DNA of 62,630 nt, counting the filler, from a bacterium (GTDB lineage Bacteria; UBP18; UBA7526), in NCBI GenBank assembly GCA_030615855.1. It is 3 parts of 3 records of this genome, joined end to end, with 100 filler letters (N's around TTAATTAATTAA, not from the genome) between each part and the next. Parts side by side here need not be neighbours in the genome. Positions count along the whole stretch, not along the records: positions 1 to 24,359 come from JAUWYL010000021.1; positions 24,460 to 55,619 come from JAUWYL010000016.1; 1 more part is not named here. One strand, 5' to 3'. Shown here piece after piece: positions 18,102 to 27,117 of the stretch; the first letter of the stretch is position 1, and every line of letters begins with the position of its first letter. The position numbers were made by a program, and so were the translations under genes. The notes under the pieces are model-generated. The model was not told the origin of the DNA. It searched no databases and was given only the letters and a program-made list of their open reading frames with translations.

Positions 18102-18353
18102 ATGTCAATAATATTGCGCATGCTTACAATTGTTCTAATGATATTCATCTTCGCTGGAAATGCCTTTGCCGGCGAAGATGATCAGCCTAAAAAACTTTCT
18201 GACTACCAGACCCTCCTTAAACGGGTAATGAGTTTCGACCGCTCCGTTGACTTCAAGGTATTAAGAATTTCTTATGCGGAAACTGCCGACTATAACCCTT
18301 ACGGCGACGATAGGGTAAAAAAAACTGAAATATTTGTCAAAAGAACGATTTAA
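18102..18353 (+). pseudogene. truncated exported protein (possibly DUF4919-like N-terminus)
   Basis: GAGGAGG RBS, signal peptide ending AFA, VDFKVLRISYA...YNPY, then early stop. Confidence 0.4.
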
Positions 18354-18546
18354 ACCTTTTTTTCAACAATTTATTAGCCAATCCTCAGTTAGCCAATAAA
18401 CTTCTTAAGGAAAGATTGAAATAGAATAAGTATGGAAACATTGCTGTAACGGTCGTCACCAGATTGTTTCCTCAGATATTAGGTAATCATAGAAAAGTCA
18501 TGCCATTGCAGATGTAGTGGCTTTTACTTTCAAATGAGACAAATTT

Positions 18547-18625
18547 TGTGCGATCGCACATTTTTCGCCTCATCTAAGGTTCTGTTTTGTTGCAAGTCTT
18601 GTCCGATCGGACACAAGTTGCAACA
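18547..18625. repeat. palindromic element copy 2 plus variant core
   Basis: Copy at 18587-18625; variant palindrome TGTGCGATCGCACA at 18547-18560. Confidence 0.9.
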
Positions 18626-18656
18626 TTTCTGATTAGAACAAAGAAGGAAGAATGTA

Positions 18657-18686
18657 TTGACTTTTCTCATCAAGATGTTATATAAT
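18657..18686 (+). promoter_or_regulatory. sigma70-type promoter
   Basis: TTGACT-18 nt-TATAAT just upstream of 18704. Confidence 0.55.
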
Positions 18687-18703
18687 TTGTATTGGGGGTC
18701 AAT

Positions 18704-19960
18704 ATGAATAGAAGATTACTGATTAGTCTATTAATTCTGACTCTCTTTCTTACAGGATGCGCTACGACAAAGGTGAAGTTCCAGAGGTTGAATAAGGCCC
18801 ACCGGGATATCAGGGGAGTGAAGAGGGTTGCGGTTCTTGAATTCCGAAGTTACGGTGGTCGTACGGAATCAGGAAGTGCAGCCTCTGATCTGCTCATCTC
18901 TGGGCTCGTAGAGCCGGGATTCTATGAGATTGTGGAGAGACAGAGGATTGATGCGGTGGTGCAAGAGCATAAGTTTAATCTCTCAGGAATGGTATCCGAT
19001 TCTACCATAAGAAAAATGGGAAGAATATTAGGGGTGGACGCAGTAATCTTCGGCACGGTTTCGGGATATGATGTGGAGAGCAGAAGGGGTTATACAACTA
19101 CTGCAGGATATTATGATAAGAAAAGCGGGGTTTATGTTCCCCCCAAGAAGCGCTTCTATACCATAAAGAGTGGGAGTGTGGCGGTAAGTTATCGGATGAT
19201 AAATATCGAGACAGGAAGGGTAATTGCCGCAAAATCGTTTCGCGAAAATTTTAGTCAAAAGCGCTATGATGGCGCTTTTTTCATGAGTAGGCTCCCTTCA
19301 GATGATTCTATCTTAAACGACCTTTTGGAGAAAGTAACCTCCCGGTTCGTGAATGAGATCTCTCCTCATTATGTAAGCAAGAAAAGGAAGCTGGAGAAAG
19401 GGAAGGGTTCCTTCCATACCAAGTACGGAGTAAGACTTGCTAAGACGGGGATGTGGGATGCGGCCATTGGGGAGTGGCAGAAAGCTTTAGAGAAGGACCC
19501 CAAGAACGCCTGGGCCCATAATAACTTAGGGATTGCCTATGAGAAGAGGGGCGAGGTCGCTAAGGCGAGAAGAGAATACCAGAAGGCAAATAAGTTAAAT
19601 CCCAAGGAGAAGGAGTATAAGAAAAGTTTAGTGGATTTAAAGAAAGCCCATGATAAAGCCCGTGGGGAGTATCTTGCTACCGGTTCCTTGAAAATGGTCA
19701 TTAGAAGAAAGGGCGATACGGTCTATATCGACCTGGGCAAGAAGCATGATGTAGGTGTAGGAGAGGTCTTCATCGTCTATCGTGAAGTAGCCATAAAGCA
19801 TCCGGTTACGGATGAGGTAATCGGGACAGAAGAGGAGAAGATTGGTAAGATAAAGGTAAACAAAGTTTCGGAGAAAATGTCTATTGCGCAAATAATAAAG
19901 GAGGACCCAGAGGATAAGATAAAGGTTAAGGATAAGGTGAGGAAAAGAGGAGGAAATTAA
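18704..19960 (+). CDS. lipoprotein: CsgG-like domain + TPR + FlgT-C-like domain
   Basis: Lipobox LTGC; IVERQRIDAVVQEH...LGVDAVIFG; TPR AHNNLGIAY; VYIDLGKKHDVGVGEVF..Y...HPVT. Confidence 0.78.
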   Translation: MNRRLLISLLILTLFLTGCATTKVKFQRLNKAHRDIRGVKRVAVLEFRSYGGRTESGSAASDLLISGLVEPGFYEIVERQRIDAVVQEHKFNLSGMVSDSTIRKMGRILGVDAVIFGTVSGYDVESRRGYTTTAGYYDKKSGVYVPPKKRFYTIKSGSVAVSYRMINIETGRVIAAKSFRENFSQKRYDGAFFMSRLPSDDSILNDLLEKVTSRFVNEISPHYVSKKRKLEKGKGSFHTKYGVRLAKTGMWDAAIGEWQKALEKDPKNAWAHNNLGIAYEKRGEVAKARREYQKANKLNPKEKEYKKSLVDLKKAHDKARGEYLATGSLKMVIRRKGDTVYIDLGKKHDVGVGEVFIVYREVAIKHPVTDEVIGTEEEKIGKIKVNKVSEKMSIAQIIKEDPEDKIKVKDKVRKRGGN

Positions 19961-20086
19961 GTCAGGTTATCAGGTGATCGGGTTATCAGGGAAAGTGAGC
20001 CCCGACGAGCACGAAGCTGGGGGTCGGGGTCTCCGCTCCGCTCCGAAAAGTGAGCAGGCGAGAAAGTGAGCAATGCAAAGGTTGAA

Positions 20087-20116
20087 ATTGATATTTTTCT
20101 GAATTTGTGATAAAAT
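20087..20116 (+). promoter_or_regulatory. duplicated sigma70 promoter, copy 1
   Basis: ATTGATATTTTTCTGAATTTGTGATAAAAT: TTGATA-17 nt-TAAAAT, extended TG; identical copy at 21427. Confidence 0.7.
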
Positions 20117-20154
20117 TATAAATAAGTAAAGTGCAAAGGTAGAAGAAAAGAATA

Positions 20155-21090
20155 ATGAAAAAAGCAAAGTTACTGACTTTTATTATTGTCATCTTTGTTA
20201 TTTCTATAATAATAGGTTGGGCTTGGGTCTTGATAGCCGAAACTCCTGAGGTTAAGGAGACGATAAAAGACCCGGTGGACGAGATTGCCCAGGAAATCAT
20301 CAGGAAATCAGAGAAATTTGCTATCAAAAGGGTGGCCGTAATAGAATTTTTGGATATCGAGGGTAAAAGTACCCGGCAAGGAAAACTTCTGGCTGAGAGA
20401 TTGACCACCAAGCTGGTGGCCTCCGAGAGATTGGAGGTCATAGAGAGGAGCCAACTGAATAAGGTATTGCAAGAATTAAAGCTGTCTCTTAGTGGAATTG
20501 TGGATGTTAAATCTGCCCAAAAAATAGGTAAGATATTGGACGTAGAAGCCATAGTGAGCGGCACCATTGTTGATTTGAAAGAGAAGATGGAAGTGAATGC
20601 TCGGATGATTAATACTGAGACCGGAAAGATTATGGCTGCGGTCACTGTTCGGGGGAAAAAAGAAAGGTTTGAGGAGAAGGTCAGCAAATTTCCGGAAACC
20701 AAATTTGTAAGAAGACGCTATGTAATAAGGGAGGAATACAGGAAGAAACGAGCGGTAAGAATGTCAGCGCTTCGTAACCTCGCTTTATTGGACGATGCGG
20801 GCAATCAGTATCCAGCATTAAATAGGATGAAATTGCATAATTATTGGAGAGGTTATTATGGTTCAGGTATAGAGGGATTAAGGGAGGCAATGGATAAGGG
20901 AAGGACCTATGAAAAGGTAATGTTTCCAAGAAGAGAATCCATTTATCCTGGTGGTAAATGCAAGGGATATGTTGCCTTCCCCAAATTAAAACCAGGTAGT
21001 AGGAATGTTACGGTGATTGTTCCATTACGCATCGGCTCTGAAGATTTAGAGTTTAGATTTAACTTCACCCAGAAAACAATCCAGAAATAA
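20155..21090 (+). CDS. exported FlgO/CsgG-like protein, apparently a fusion
   Basis: N-terminal TM; RVAVIEF...LAERLTTKL...VIERSQL...IGKILDVEAIVSGT; unrelated C-terminal LLDDAGNQY...IYPG...GYVAFP. Confidence 0.72.
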   Translation: MKKAKLLTFIIVIFVISIIIGWAWVLIAETPEVKETIKDPVDEIAQEIIRKSEKFAIKRVAVIEFLDIEGKSTRQGKLLAERLTTKLVASERLEVIERSQLNKVLQELKLSLSGIVDVKSAQKIGKILDVEAIVSGTIVDLKEKMEVNARMINTETGKIMAAVTVRGKKERFEEKVSKFPETKFVRRRYVIREEYRKKRAVRMSALRNLALLDDAGNQYPALNRMKLHNYWRGYYGSGIEGLREAMDKGRTYEKVMFPRRESIYPGGKCKGYVAFPKLKPGSRNVTVIVPLRIGSEDLEFRFNFTQKTIQK

Positions 21091-21119
21091 TGAGAACAAG
21101 GAAGAAAGGTAGCGGTTAA

Positions 21120-21431
21120 ATGCTAAGGGACGAAAAGATAAAAAAGAGAATCTTATTAATAGTTCTATTCTTTATATTCATATCTTTAACAATAGCGGGA
21201 TGTGCCGTCACCAAAACGGTCATGGTTCCGGTATCCAAAGATGAGGATTATACAGTTAATCTTGGCTCTCGTTCTATGACTACTATTCAAAAAGGGATAA
21301 AGGTAACTATGAGATATCCTTCATTAGAAGAGTTAAGGAAGATAGAAAATGCTCCTTTTACCACTTTTAATAGAACACACTTTACTGTCTTCTTTATTAC
21401 TGTTGAAAATTTAAAAGAAGAGGAAGATTGA
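21120..21431 (+). pseudogene. lipoprotein truncated at the duplicated promoter
   Basis: Lipobox IAGC; the stop TGA lies within the -35 TTGATA of the repeat. Confidence 0.55.
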
Positions 21432-21456
21432 TATTTTTCTGAATTTGTGATAAAAT
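21427..21456 (+). promoter_or_regulatory. duplicated sigma70 promoter, copy 2
   Basis: Identical ~30 bp to 20087-20116. Confidence 0.7.
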
Positions 21457-21575
21457 ATGTTTAGTAGTTGACCAGTTAACCAGTTTGCCAGTTAATCAGT
21501 TGGTTGATAAGTTGATCCGTTAATACGTTGATAAGGGACAAAAAATCCGTGTTTAGAAGGGAGGTGAGATAGAGG

Positions 21576-22196
21576 ATGAAGAAGGTTTTAATTCTATTGA
21601 TTCTGCTTCTGGTTTCCATAGGCCTTATCATCGGTTGTGCCCGAAGGCTACCCATCGGAGCCCAGAAGGTAGTAGAGACCTCTGGCTCCCGGCCAGACTG
21701 GATCACAGTAATCCCCAAGGCAAAGAAGGGGATGATGTTCTTTCGGGGAATAAAGACCAGAGCCCCCAATCTGGATGGTGGTTTGACAGATTCCAGGATG
21801 CATGCTGCCCGCCAGGTAGCGGAGATGGTGGAGACCAAGGCCAATGTGGATTACGAGAATGCCCGCTTGGAATATGGCATTCCCAGGGATGATAAAGATA
21901 TTGGCACCGTAATCCGGGACGGCCTCATCATGCTCTCTGATGCCATGATTCAGGGAGTGAAGGAGAAGGAGCTTTTCTACGAGAAAGTGGAAGAGGTTAT
22001 TCCCGAGGGCGTCACCTACTTCTACAACTGCTATATTCTGATGACCATCTCTGAACAGGATTACAGAAGGATCGCTGCCCAGGTCATCGATCGGCAGAAG
22101 GCCAAGGCTCGAGCCATGAAGAACAAGAAGGCAGAAGAATTCTTGGACAAGATGAGAGAGAGGGTGATGCAGACCAGGTTCGAAGCAGAAGAGTAA
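21576..22196 (+). CDS. LPP20/FlgP-like lipoprotein
   Basis: GGAGG RBS; lipobox IIGC; RPDWI...FRG...ARQVAE pattern. Confidence 0.6.
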   Translation: MKKVLILLILLLVSIGLIIGCARRLPIGAQKVVETSGSRPDWITVIPKAKKGMMFFRGIKTRAPNLDGGLTDSRMHAARQVAEMVETKANVDYENARLEYGIPRDDKDIGTVIRDGLIMLSDAMIQGVKEKELFYEKVEEVIPEGVTYFYNCYILMTISEQDYRRIAAQVIDRQKAKARAMKNKKAEEFLDKMRERVMQTRFEAEE

Positions 22197-22207
22197 AAGC
22201 TATATAG

Positions 22208-22334
22208 GCCGCAGGTTACAGGTTCACCCCGTTAGATGGACTTACCTTGTTAGATATGAAATGTTATTTGACAGGATACGCCGCTATCTAACGGGGCAAG
22301 GGTTATAGAAGGCTCGGGGCTTGAAACCTGCGGC
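22208..22334. repeat. nested inverted-repeat elements
   Basis: Inner IR CCCCGTTAGAT/ATCTAACGGGG (22227-22296) inside outer IR GCCGCAGGTT/AACCTGCGGC. Confidence 0.75.
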
Positions 22335-22359
22335 TTAAAGCTTACGAGCGGAGTACAGG

Positions 22360-23901
22360 ATGCGTTCAGTCTTTAAAGTTACTATTGGAATATTGGCCAT
22401 CTCTTTGATTAGCGGGTGTGCTCTATTCTCTTTGAGGCCGGGATGGAAATTGGTGGAAAGATCCCAGAAGAAGAAGCCAGACTGGGTGACAAGAGAGAAG
22501 GAGGCAGATGAGAAGTTTCTCTACTTCAGCGGGATGCGCACGGAAGCCCGGCGATTGGAGGATGGGGAGAGCGATGCGGTAAAGAACGCGGCGCGTAAGA
22601 TCGTGGAGTATTTCGGTCAGGAGGGGATCATCCTCTATGAAAAGAAGCGAACAGAGATCGAGACCGAGTTACTGGATCAGGTAAAGTTCAAAGGGGCGGC
22701 TGCTGTCCGGGCAGCAAAACTACAAGAAATGTATTATGAGAAGTGGCAGAGCACCACAAAGGATAGGGTCCGGTTCAGTTACGATGTCTATGTCTTAATA
22801 AGATATCCCATAAAAGAGTTGGAAAAGGAGAAAGCAGCCCAGAGGAAGAAGGCCATAGAGTTAACTAAGGGAGCCCTTGCCCTCTCCCAGAATGCCAGGA
22901 GAGCCCTGGCCCAGGGAAGGGTGAGAGAAAGCATCTCCCAATATGCCAAGGCCCTGGATTTTCTATCCCGGGTAAGTATCCTGGTAGAGATTTCACCAGA
23001 AGTGAATAATGAGACGCTCAAGGCCAAGATAAGGAGCGATTTAGAAGGAATAATATCTAAGATGAAGACCGAAGGAAAGGGAAGTGGTCAGGAGGCTATA
23101 GTTAAAAAACCTCTTAGGCAACCCCTTATTTTAGAGGTCAGTTATCAGGAGAAAGAGAAACCTATTCCGGTAAGGGGTCTTCCCGTATCCTTTGAATTTG
23201 TAAAAGGAGAAGGAAGCCTGAGGACTCTGACCAGAACGAATAATAACGGTGTAGCAAGTTGTAGGGTATGGCGGGTTGATTCTTCCCTCAAGCCAAACGT
23301 AATTGAGGGAAGAATAGATATTAGAAGACTCCTGGGCAAGAAGAAGGATGAGGAGATAGATAAGACCCTTTTGAAATTAGCCGGTCTCAAAGAGAGGTAT
23401 ACCTTCAACTCCTACCTTCCCAGAGAGAAGAAGGTCTTCCTTGTCAAAGTTATAGAGAGGAACTTAAAAGAGAAGGTTACCCCTTCCCTGGTTCAGGGAG
23501 AAATAGAAAAGTGGCTCATTGACGATGATTATCAACTCAAGAAGAAGGGGGAGATTACAGATAGCCAGGCAAGAGAGATCCTTAGAGGGAATAAAACGCT
23601 TATCCAAAACTTGGGCAGAGAATTAGGCTTCGATGTCTTGGTCATTGGCCAGGCCCGGACAGAATATATGGGAAGCACCATTCCCATGTATGGAAAAGAG
23701 ATGGAATTTGTTCCTTGTTGTCGGGCAAGCGTCTCAATAAAGGTGATGGAAGCCCAAAGCGGTAGAATGATAGCCTCGGTGAGCGAAGGAAGGATAAAGG
23801 AGTTCGGCCGGACGAAGGAAGAGGCCGGCGAGAAGGCCTTGAAAAAGGCAGGAGAGAAAATCTCTCAATCCCTGCTCAATCAACTGGATCCCCTCTTTTA
23901 G
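22360..23901 (+). CDS. multidomain lipoprotein (LPP20-like N-terminus, Ig-like middle)
   Basis: Lipobox ISGC; KPDWV...YFSG...AARKI; Ig-like P..GLPVSF....G.G....TNNNGVA. Confidence 0.6.
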   Translation: MRSVFKVTIGILAISLISGCALFSLRPGWKLVERSQKKKPDWVTREKEADEKFLYFSGMRTEARRLEDGESDAVKNAARKIVEYFGQEGIILYEKKRTEIETELLDQVKFKGAAAVRAAKLQEMYYEKWQSTTKDRVRFSYDVYVLIRYPIKELEKEKAAQRKKAIELTKGALALSQNARRALAQGRVRESISQYAKALDFLSRVSILVEISPEVNNETLKAKIRSDLEGIISKMKTEGKGSGQEAIVKKPLRQPLILEVSYQEKEKPIPVRGLPVSFEFVKGEGSLRTLTRTNNNGVASCRVWRVDSSLKPNVIEGRIDIRRLLGKKKDEEIDKTLLKLAGLKERYTFNSYLPREKKVFLVKVIERNLKEKVTPSLVQGEIEKWLIDDDYQLKKKGEITDSQAREILRGNKTLIQNLGRELGFDVLVIGQARTEYMGSTIPMYGKEMEFVPCCRASVSIKVMEAQSGRMIASVSEGRIKEFGRTKEEAGEKALKKAGEKISQSLLNQLDPLF

Positions 23902-23946
23902 ACACGGATAGGCACGGATTATAATACGGATGAGCACGGATAATGA

Positions 23947-24359
23947 ATGGAGAAAGAAATGAGAGAATGCAGAATACGTCCAAGGGTTAAGGTAACCTGT
24001 CCGCTGCACATAGCGTGCTATGGAAGGCGGGCGAAGCCCGTATCGTCATTCGTTTATCGGTTACGGCTTTTGACGAACTACGTAACCACTAAACGAAACG
24101 GGCATCGTAACCCTAACCAACTGCCGATTACCTCCCACTTTCCCACTTTCCCACTTTCTCACCTGCTCCTCTTCCTAACTCTATTGTTCACTGTTCACTG
24201 TTCACTGTTCACTGATTTTGTCGGAGCGCAGCCACCAGAGATAGTCTCTGTCTCTCCTTCCAAAGGAGCCCAGGAAGTAAAGACTAATACCCTAATCAGG
24301 ATCAACTTCAGTAAGGAGATGGATAAGAAGAGCGTGGAAGATAACTTCGCTATCAATCC
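23947..24359 (+). CDS. exported Ig-like (Big_5/SbsA-type) protein, 3'-truncated by contig end; start uncertain
   Basis: PPEIVSVSP..GA..V.TNT.I.INFSKEMD..SV; N-terminal region overlaps repeat elements. Confidence 0.6.
24032..24114. repeat. GCCCGT...ACGGGC structured repeat, copy 1
   Basis: CGAAGCCCGTATCG...GGTTAC...GTAACC...ACGAAACGGGC...TAACCCT shared with 40723-40806 and 47418-47504. Confidence 0.85.
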
Positions 24360-24459
24360 NNNNNNNNNNNNNNNNNNNNNNNNNNNNNNNNNNNNNNNNN
24401 NNNTTAATTAATTAANNNNNNNNNNNNNNNNNNNNNNNNNNNNNNNNNNNNNNNNNNNN
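24360..24459. other. artificial contig linker
   Basis: N-run with TTAATTAATTAA (stops in all frames) at 24404-24415. Confidence 0.98.
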
Positions 24460-24460
24460 C

Positions 24461-24793
24461 TGGGGAGATACCATAGTGAACTATGCCGGATATGAGACCA
24501 GAAGGATGGGGTTCAAGGTAGGGATTAGTTATTCGAGTAATATGGATAAGGCCATAGCCGTAGTAAAGAAGATTATGGAAAAGGATAAGCGTATATTAAA
24601 AGAGCCGGAACCTTTTGTGGGGGTTACTGAGTTAGGGGATTCCAGCGTCAATCTCATCATCCGTCCCTGGGTAAAACTCGCCGACTACTGGAATGTCTAC
24701 TTCGATTTAACTAAAAAGATTAAGGAAGAATTCGACAAGTCGGGAATAGAGATACCCTTCCCTCAAAGAGTAATCCATATGAGAAAGGAGTAG
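24461..24793 (+). CDS. mscS: small-conductance mechanosensitive channel, C-terminal part (5'-partial)
   Basis: I.NY....RR....VGISY, EPEPFVGV.ELGDSSVN, GIEIPFPQR. Confidence 0.88.
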   Translation, partial: WGDTIVNYAGYETRRMGFKVGISYSSNMDKAIAVVKKIMEKDKRILKEPEPFVGVTELGDSSVNLIIRPWVKLADYWNVYFDLTKKIKEEFDKSGIEIPFPQRVIHMRKE

Positions 24794-24795
24794 TT

Positions 24796-25470
24796 ATGGC
24801 TACCATCCTTTTGATTCTTCCGGTAATCGTGGTCATCGTCTTCTCTACCATAGTGGTTAGGACTGCCACCATTGCCTTGAAGATGACTGGACTGGATGAG
24901 AAGAGGGCCCGTTTCCAGGCCCTTTCCGCTTTCACGGGAACAGGCTTTACTACCAAGGATTCGGAACTCATCGTAGGCCATGAACAGCGCCGGCGCATCG
25001 TCATGACCTTAATGATCCTGGGAAACGCAGGTCTGATCACCGTTGTTGCTACTCTGATCCTCTCCTTTGCCAAAGGGGGCCTCTCTCCCGCCCCTATTAA
25101 GTTGATCCTTTTAGGTCTGGCCATCTACTTCATCTATCGTCTTGCCTCCCATAAGGGATTGACCAGAAAGTTTACCAAGGGAATTGAGAAACGGCTGGCA
25201 AGAAGTGCCATCTTTGCAAAGAGACCCATAGAAGAGACTCTGCGTCTAGCGAAAGGATATGGAGTGGCGGAGATCAGTCTTAAGGAGGACTCCCCTCATA
25301 TCGGCCTTACCCTGAATAAGACAGATTTCAAGAAGAGGGGAATCATGATCTTGGCCATTGAGAGGGGGAAGGACGTCATCCATACTCCAAAAGGTGGGGA
25401 TAGGCTATGTATGGATGATACCCTGGTCTGCTATGGCAAATTACCCGAGATTAAGAAAATGGCGAAGTGA
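24796..25470 (+). CDS. membrane protein with TrkA-C (RCK-C) domain
   Basis: ARFQALSAFTGTGFTT, LMILGNAG, C-terminal ILAIER...GD.L..DD.LVCYG. Confidence 0.8.
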   Translation: MATILLILPVIVVIVFSTIVVRTATIALKMTGLDEKRARFQALSAFTGTGFTTKDSELIVGHEQRRRIVMTLMILGNAGLITVVATLILSFAKGGLSPAPIKLILLGLAIYFIYRLASHKGLTRKFTKGIEKRLARSAIFAKRPIEETLRLAKGYGVAEISLKEDSPHIGLTLNKTDFKKRGIMILAIERGKDVIHTPKGGDRLCMDDTLVCYGKLPEIKKMAK

Positions 25471-25523
25471 ACCCTTCGATTCCGCTCAGGGTTCATCCTG
25501 AGCGAATAAAGAGAGCCGAAGGA
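25471..25523. repeat. REP-like doublet
   Basis: CCTTCGATTCCGCTCAGG ... CCTGAGCG...GCCGAAGG inverted pair filling the gap between stop and ATG. Confidence 0.7.
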
Positions 25524-27046
25524 TGAAAAAACCGATTGTATTAATCATTCTCGATGGCTGGGGAATAAATCCGAGTAAAGAAGGAAATGCCATCGCCCAG
25601 GCAAAGACCCCGGTTGTTGATGATTTATTAAAGAACTATTCTTCCACAACCCTCAAGGCTTCGGGGGAGGCGGTGGGGCTGCCTGAGGGACAGATGGGAA
25701 ACTCTGAGGTAGGCCATCTCAACTTAGGAGCAGGAAGGATTGTCTATCAGGAGTTTACCAGAATCTCAAAGGCCATCGAGGATGGCTCTTTTTTCCAAAA
25801 TAAGGTATTACTCTCTGCAATAAAAAGAGCAAAAGAAAATAATTCTAATCTCCATCTCATGGGCCTTTTATCTGATGGAGGAGTTCATAGTCACATCACC
25901 CATCTCGATGCGCTTTTAGAACTGGCTAAGAGAAATAATATAGAGAGAATTCCTATCCATTGCCTCTTAGATGGTCGGGATGTGGGACCAAATACTGCTC
26001 CCAAATATATTACAGCTTTAGAGAAAAAAATAGAAGGATTGGGCACTGGTCAGATAGCGACCATCATGGGCAGATACTATGGTATGGATCGGGATAGGAG
26101 GTGGGACAGGATAAAGAAGGCCTATGAGGCTCTGGTAGAAGCTAAGGGAAGAAGAGCAGAGAGTAGTGAGGAGGCCATAAGAGCCGCTTCTAAGAATAAG
26201 GAAAACGATGAATTCGTCATTCCCACAGTAGTTGGAGGTTATCAGGGAATAAAAGATAGGGACGTCTTCATCTTCTTCAATTTTCGGGCGGACCGGGCAA
26301 GACAGATCACCAGAGCCTTAATAGAAAAGAACTTCAAGGAGTTTGAAAGGAAGAGATTTCCTTCCCTTTATTTTGTTTGCTTCACAGAATATGATGAAAG
26401 ATTTAATCTGCCCGTTGCTTTTCTTCCCCAGAAGGAGGGGCTTAAGAATGTCCTGGCCCAGGTCTTGAGCAGTCATAATCTAAGACAACTCCGCTTAGCA
26501 GAGACCGAGAAGTACGCCCATGTCACCTTCTTCTTCAACGGGGGGGAGGAAAAGCCATTTAAGGGAGAGGAGAGGATTCTCGTTCCTTCACCCAAGGTGG
26601 CAACCTATGACCTGAAGCCAGAGATGAGTGCTAAAAGGATAGTGGATAAGGCAGTAGAGAAGATAACCTCTGGAAATTATGATTGTATCATTATGAACTT
26701 CGCCAATCCTGATATGGTGGGCCATACCGGAATAATGGAAGCAGCCATCAAGGCCATTGAAACGGTCGATGAGTGCTTGGGCAAGGTTATTGAAGCGGTC
26801 AAAGAGAAAGAAGGCATCGCCTTAATCACTGCAGACCATGGGAATGCAGAGAAGATGATTGAGACTGGTGAGCCCCATACCGCCCATACCTGTTCCGATG
26901 TCTTCTTCATTTTTGTAGATGATTTAACAGATATAAAATTGCATTCTGGGATATTAGCAAATGTTGCTCCTACCATTCTGGATCTCTTAAAGATAGAAAA
27001 ACCTAAAGAAATGACCGGAAAATCCCTCATTGTCAGTAAACAGTGA
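25523..27046 (+). CDS. gpmI: 2,3-BPG-independent phosphoglycerate mutase
   Basis: LIILDGWG, GQMGNSEVGH, DGRD, AETEKYAHVTFFFNGG, DMVGHTG, TADHGNAE. Confidence 0.97.
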   Translation: MKKPIVLIILDGWGINPSKEGNAIAQAKTPVVDDLLKNYSSTTLKASGEAVGLPEGQMGNSEVGHLNLGAGRIVYQEFTRISKAIEDGSFFQNKVLLSAIKRAKENNSNLHLMGLLSDGGVHSHITHLDALLELAKRNNIERIPIHCLLDGRDVGPNTAPKYITALEKKIEGLGTGQIATIMGRYYGMDRDRRWDRIKKAYEALVEAKGRRAESSEEAIRAASKNKENDEFVIPTVVGGYQGIKDRDVFIFFNFRADRARQITRALIEKNFKEFERKRFPSLYFVCFTEYDERFNLPVAFLPQKEGLKNVLAQVLSSHNLRQLRLAETEKYAHVTFFFNGGEEKPFKGEERILVPSPKVATYDLKPEMSAKRIVDKAVEKITSGNYDCIIMNFANPDMVGHTGIMEAAIKAIETVDECLGKVIEAVKEKEGIALITADHGNAEKMIETGEPHTAHTCSDVFFIFVDDLTDIKLHSGILANVAPTILDLLKIEKPKEMTGKSLIVSKQ

Positions 27047-27117
27047 ACAGCGATCAGTGATCGGTAATCCGTATAAATCCGTAATCAATCTGTGTGAATC
27101 CGTGTTTTGGGAAAGAG

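Noticed and set aside
24032-24114. Hammerhead ribozyme (GAAAC next to stems)
   Set aside because: No conserved CTGANGA core on either strand across the three copies.
24360-24459. TTAATTAATTAA palindrome within N runs (also 55620-55719)
   Set aside because: Artificial all-frame-stop contig linker; adjacency across it is not biological.
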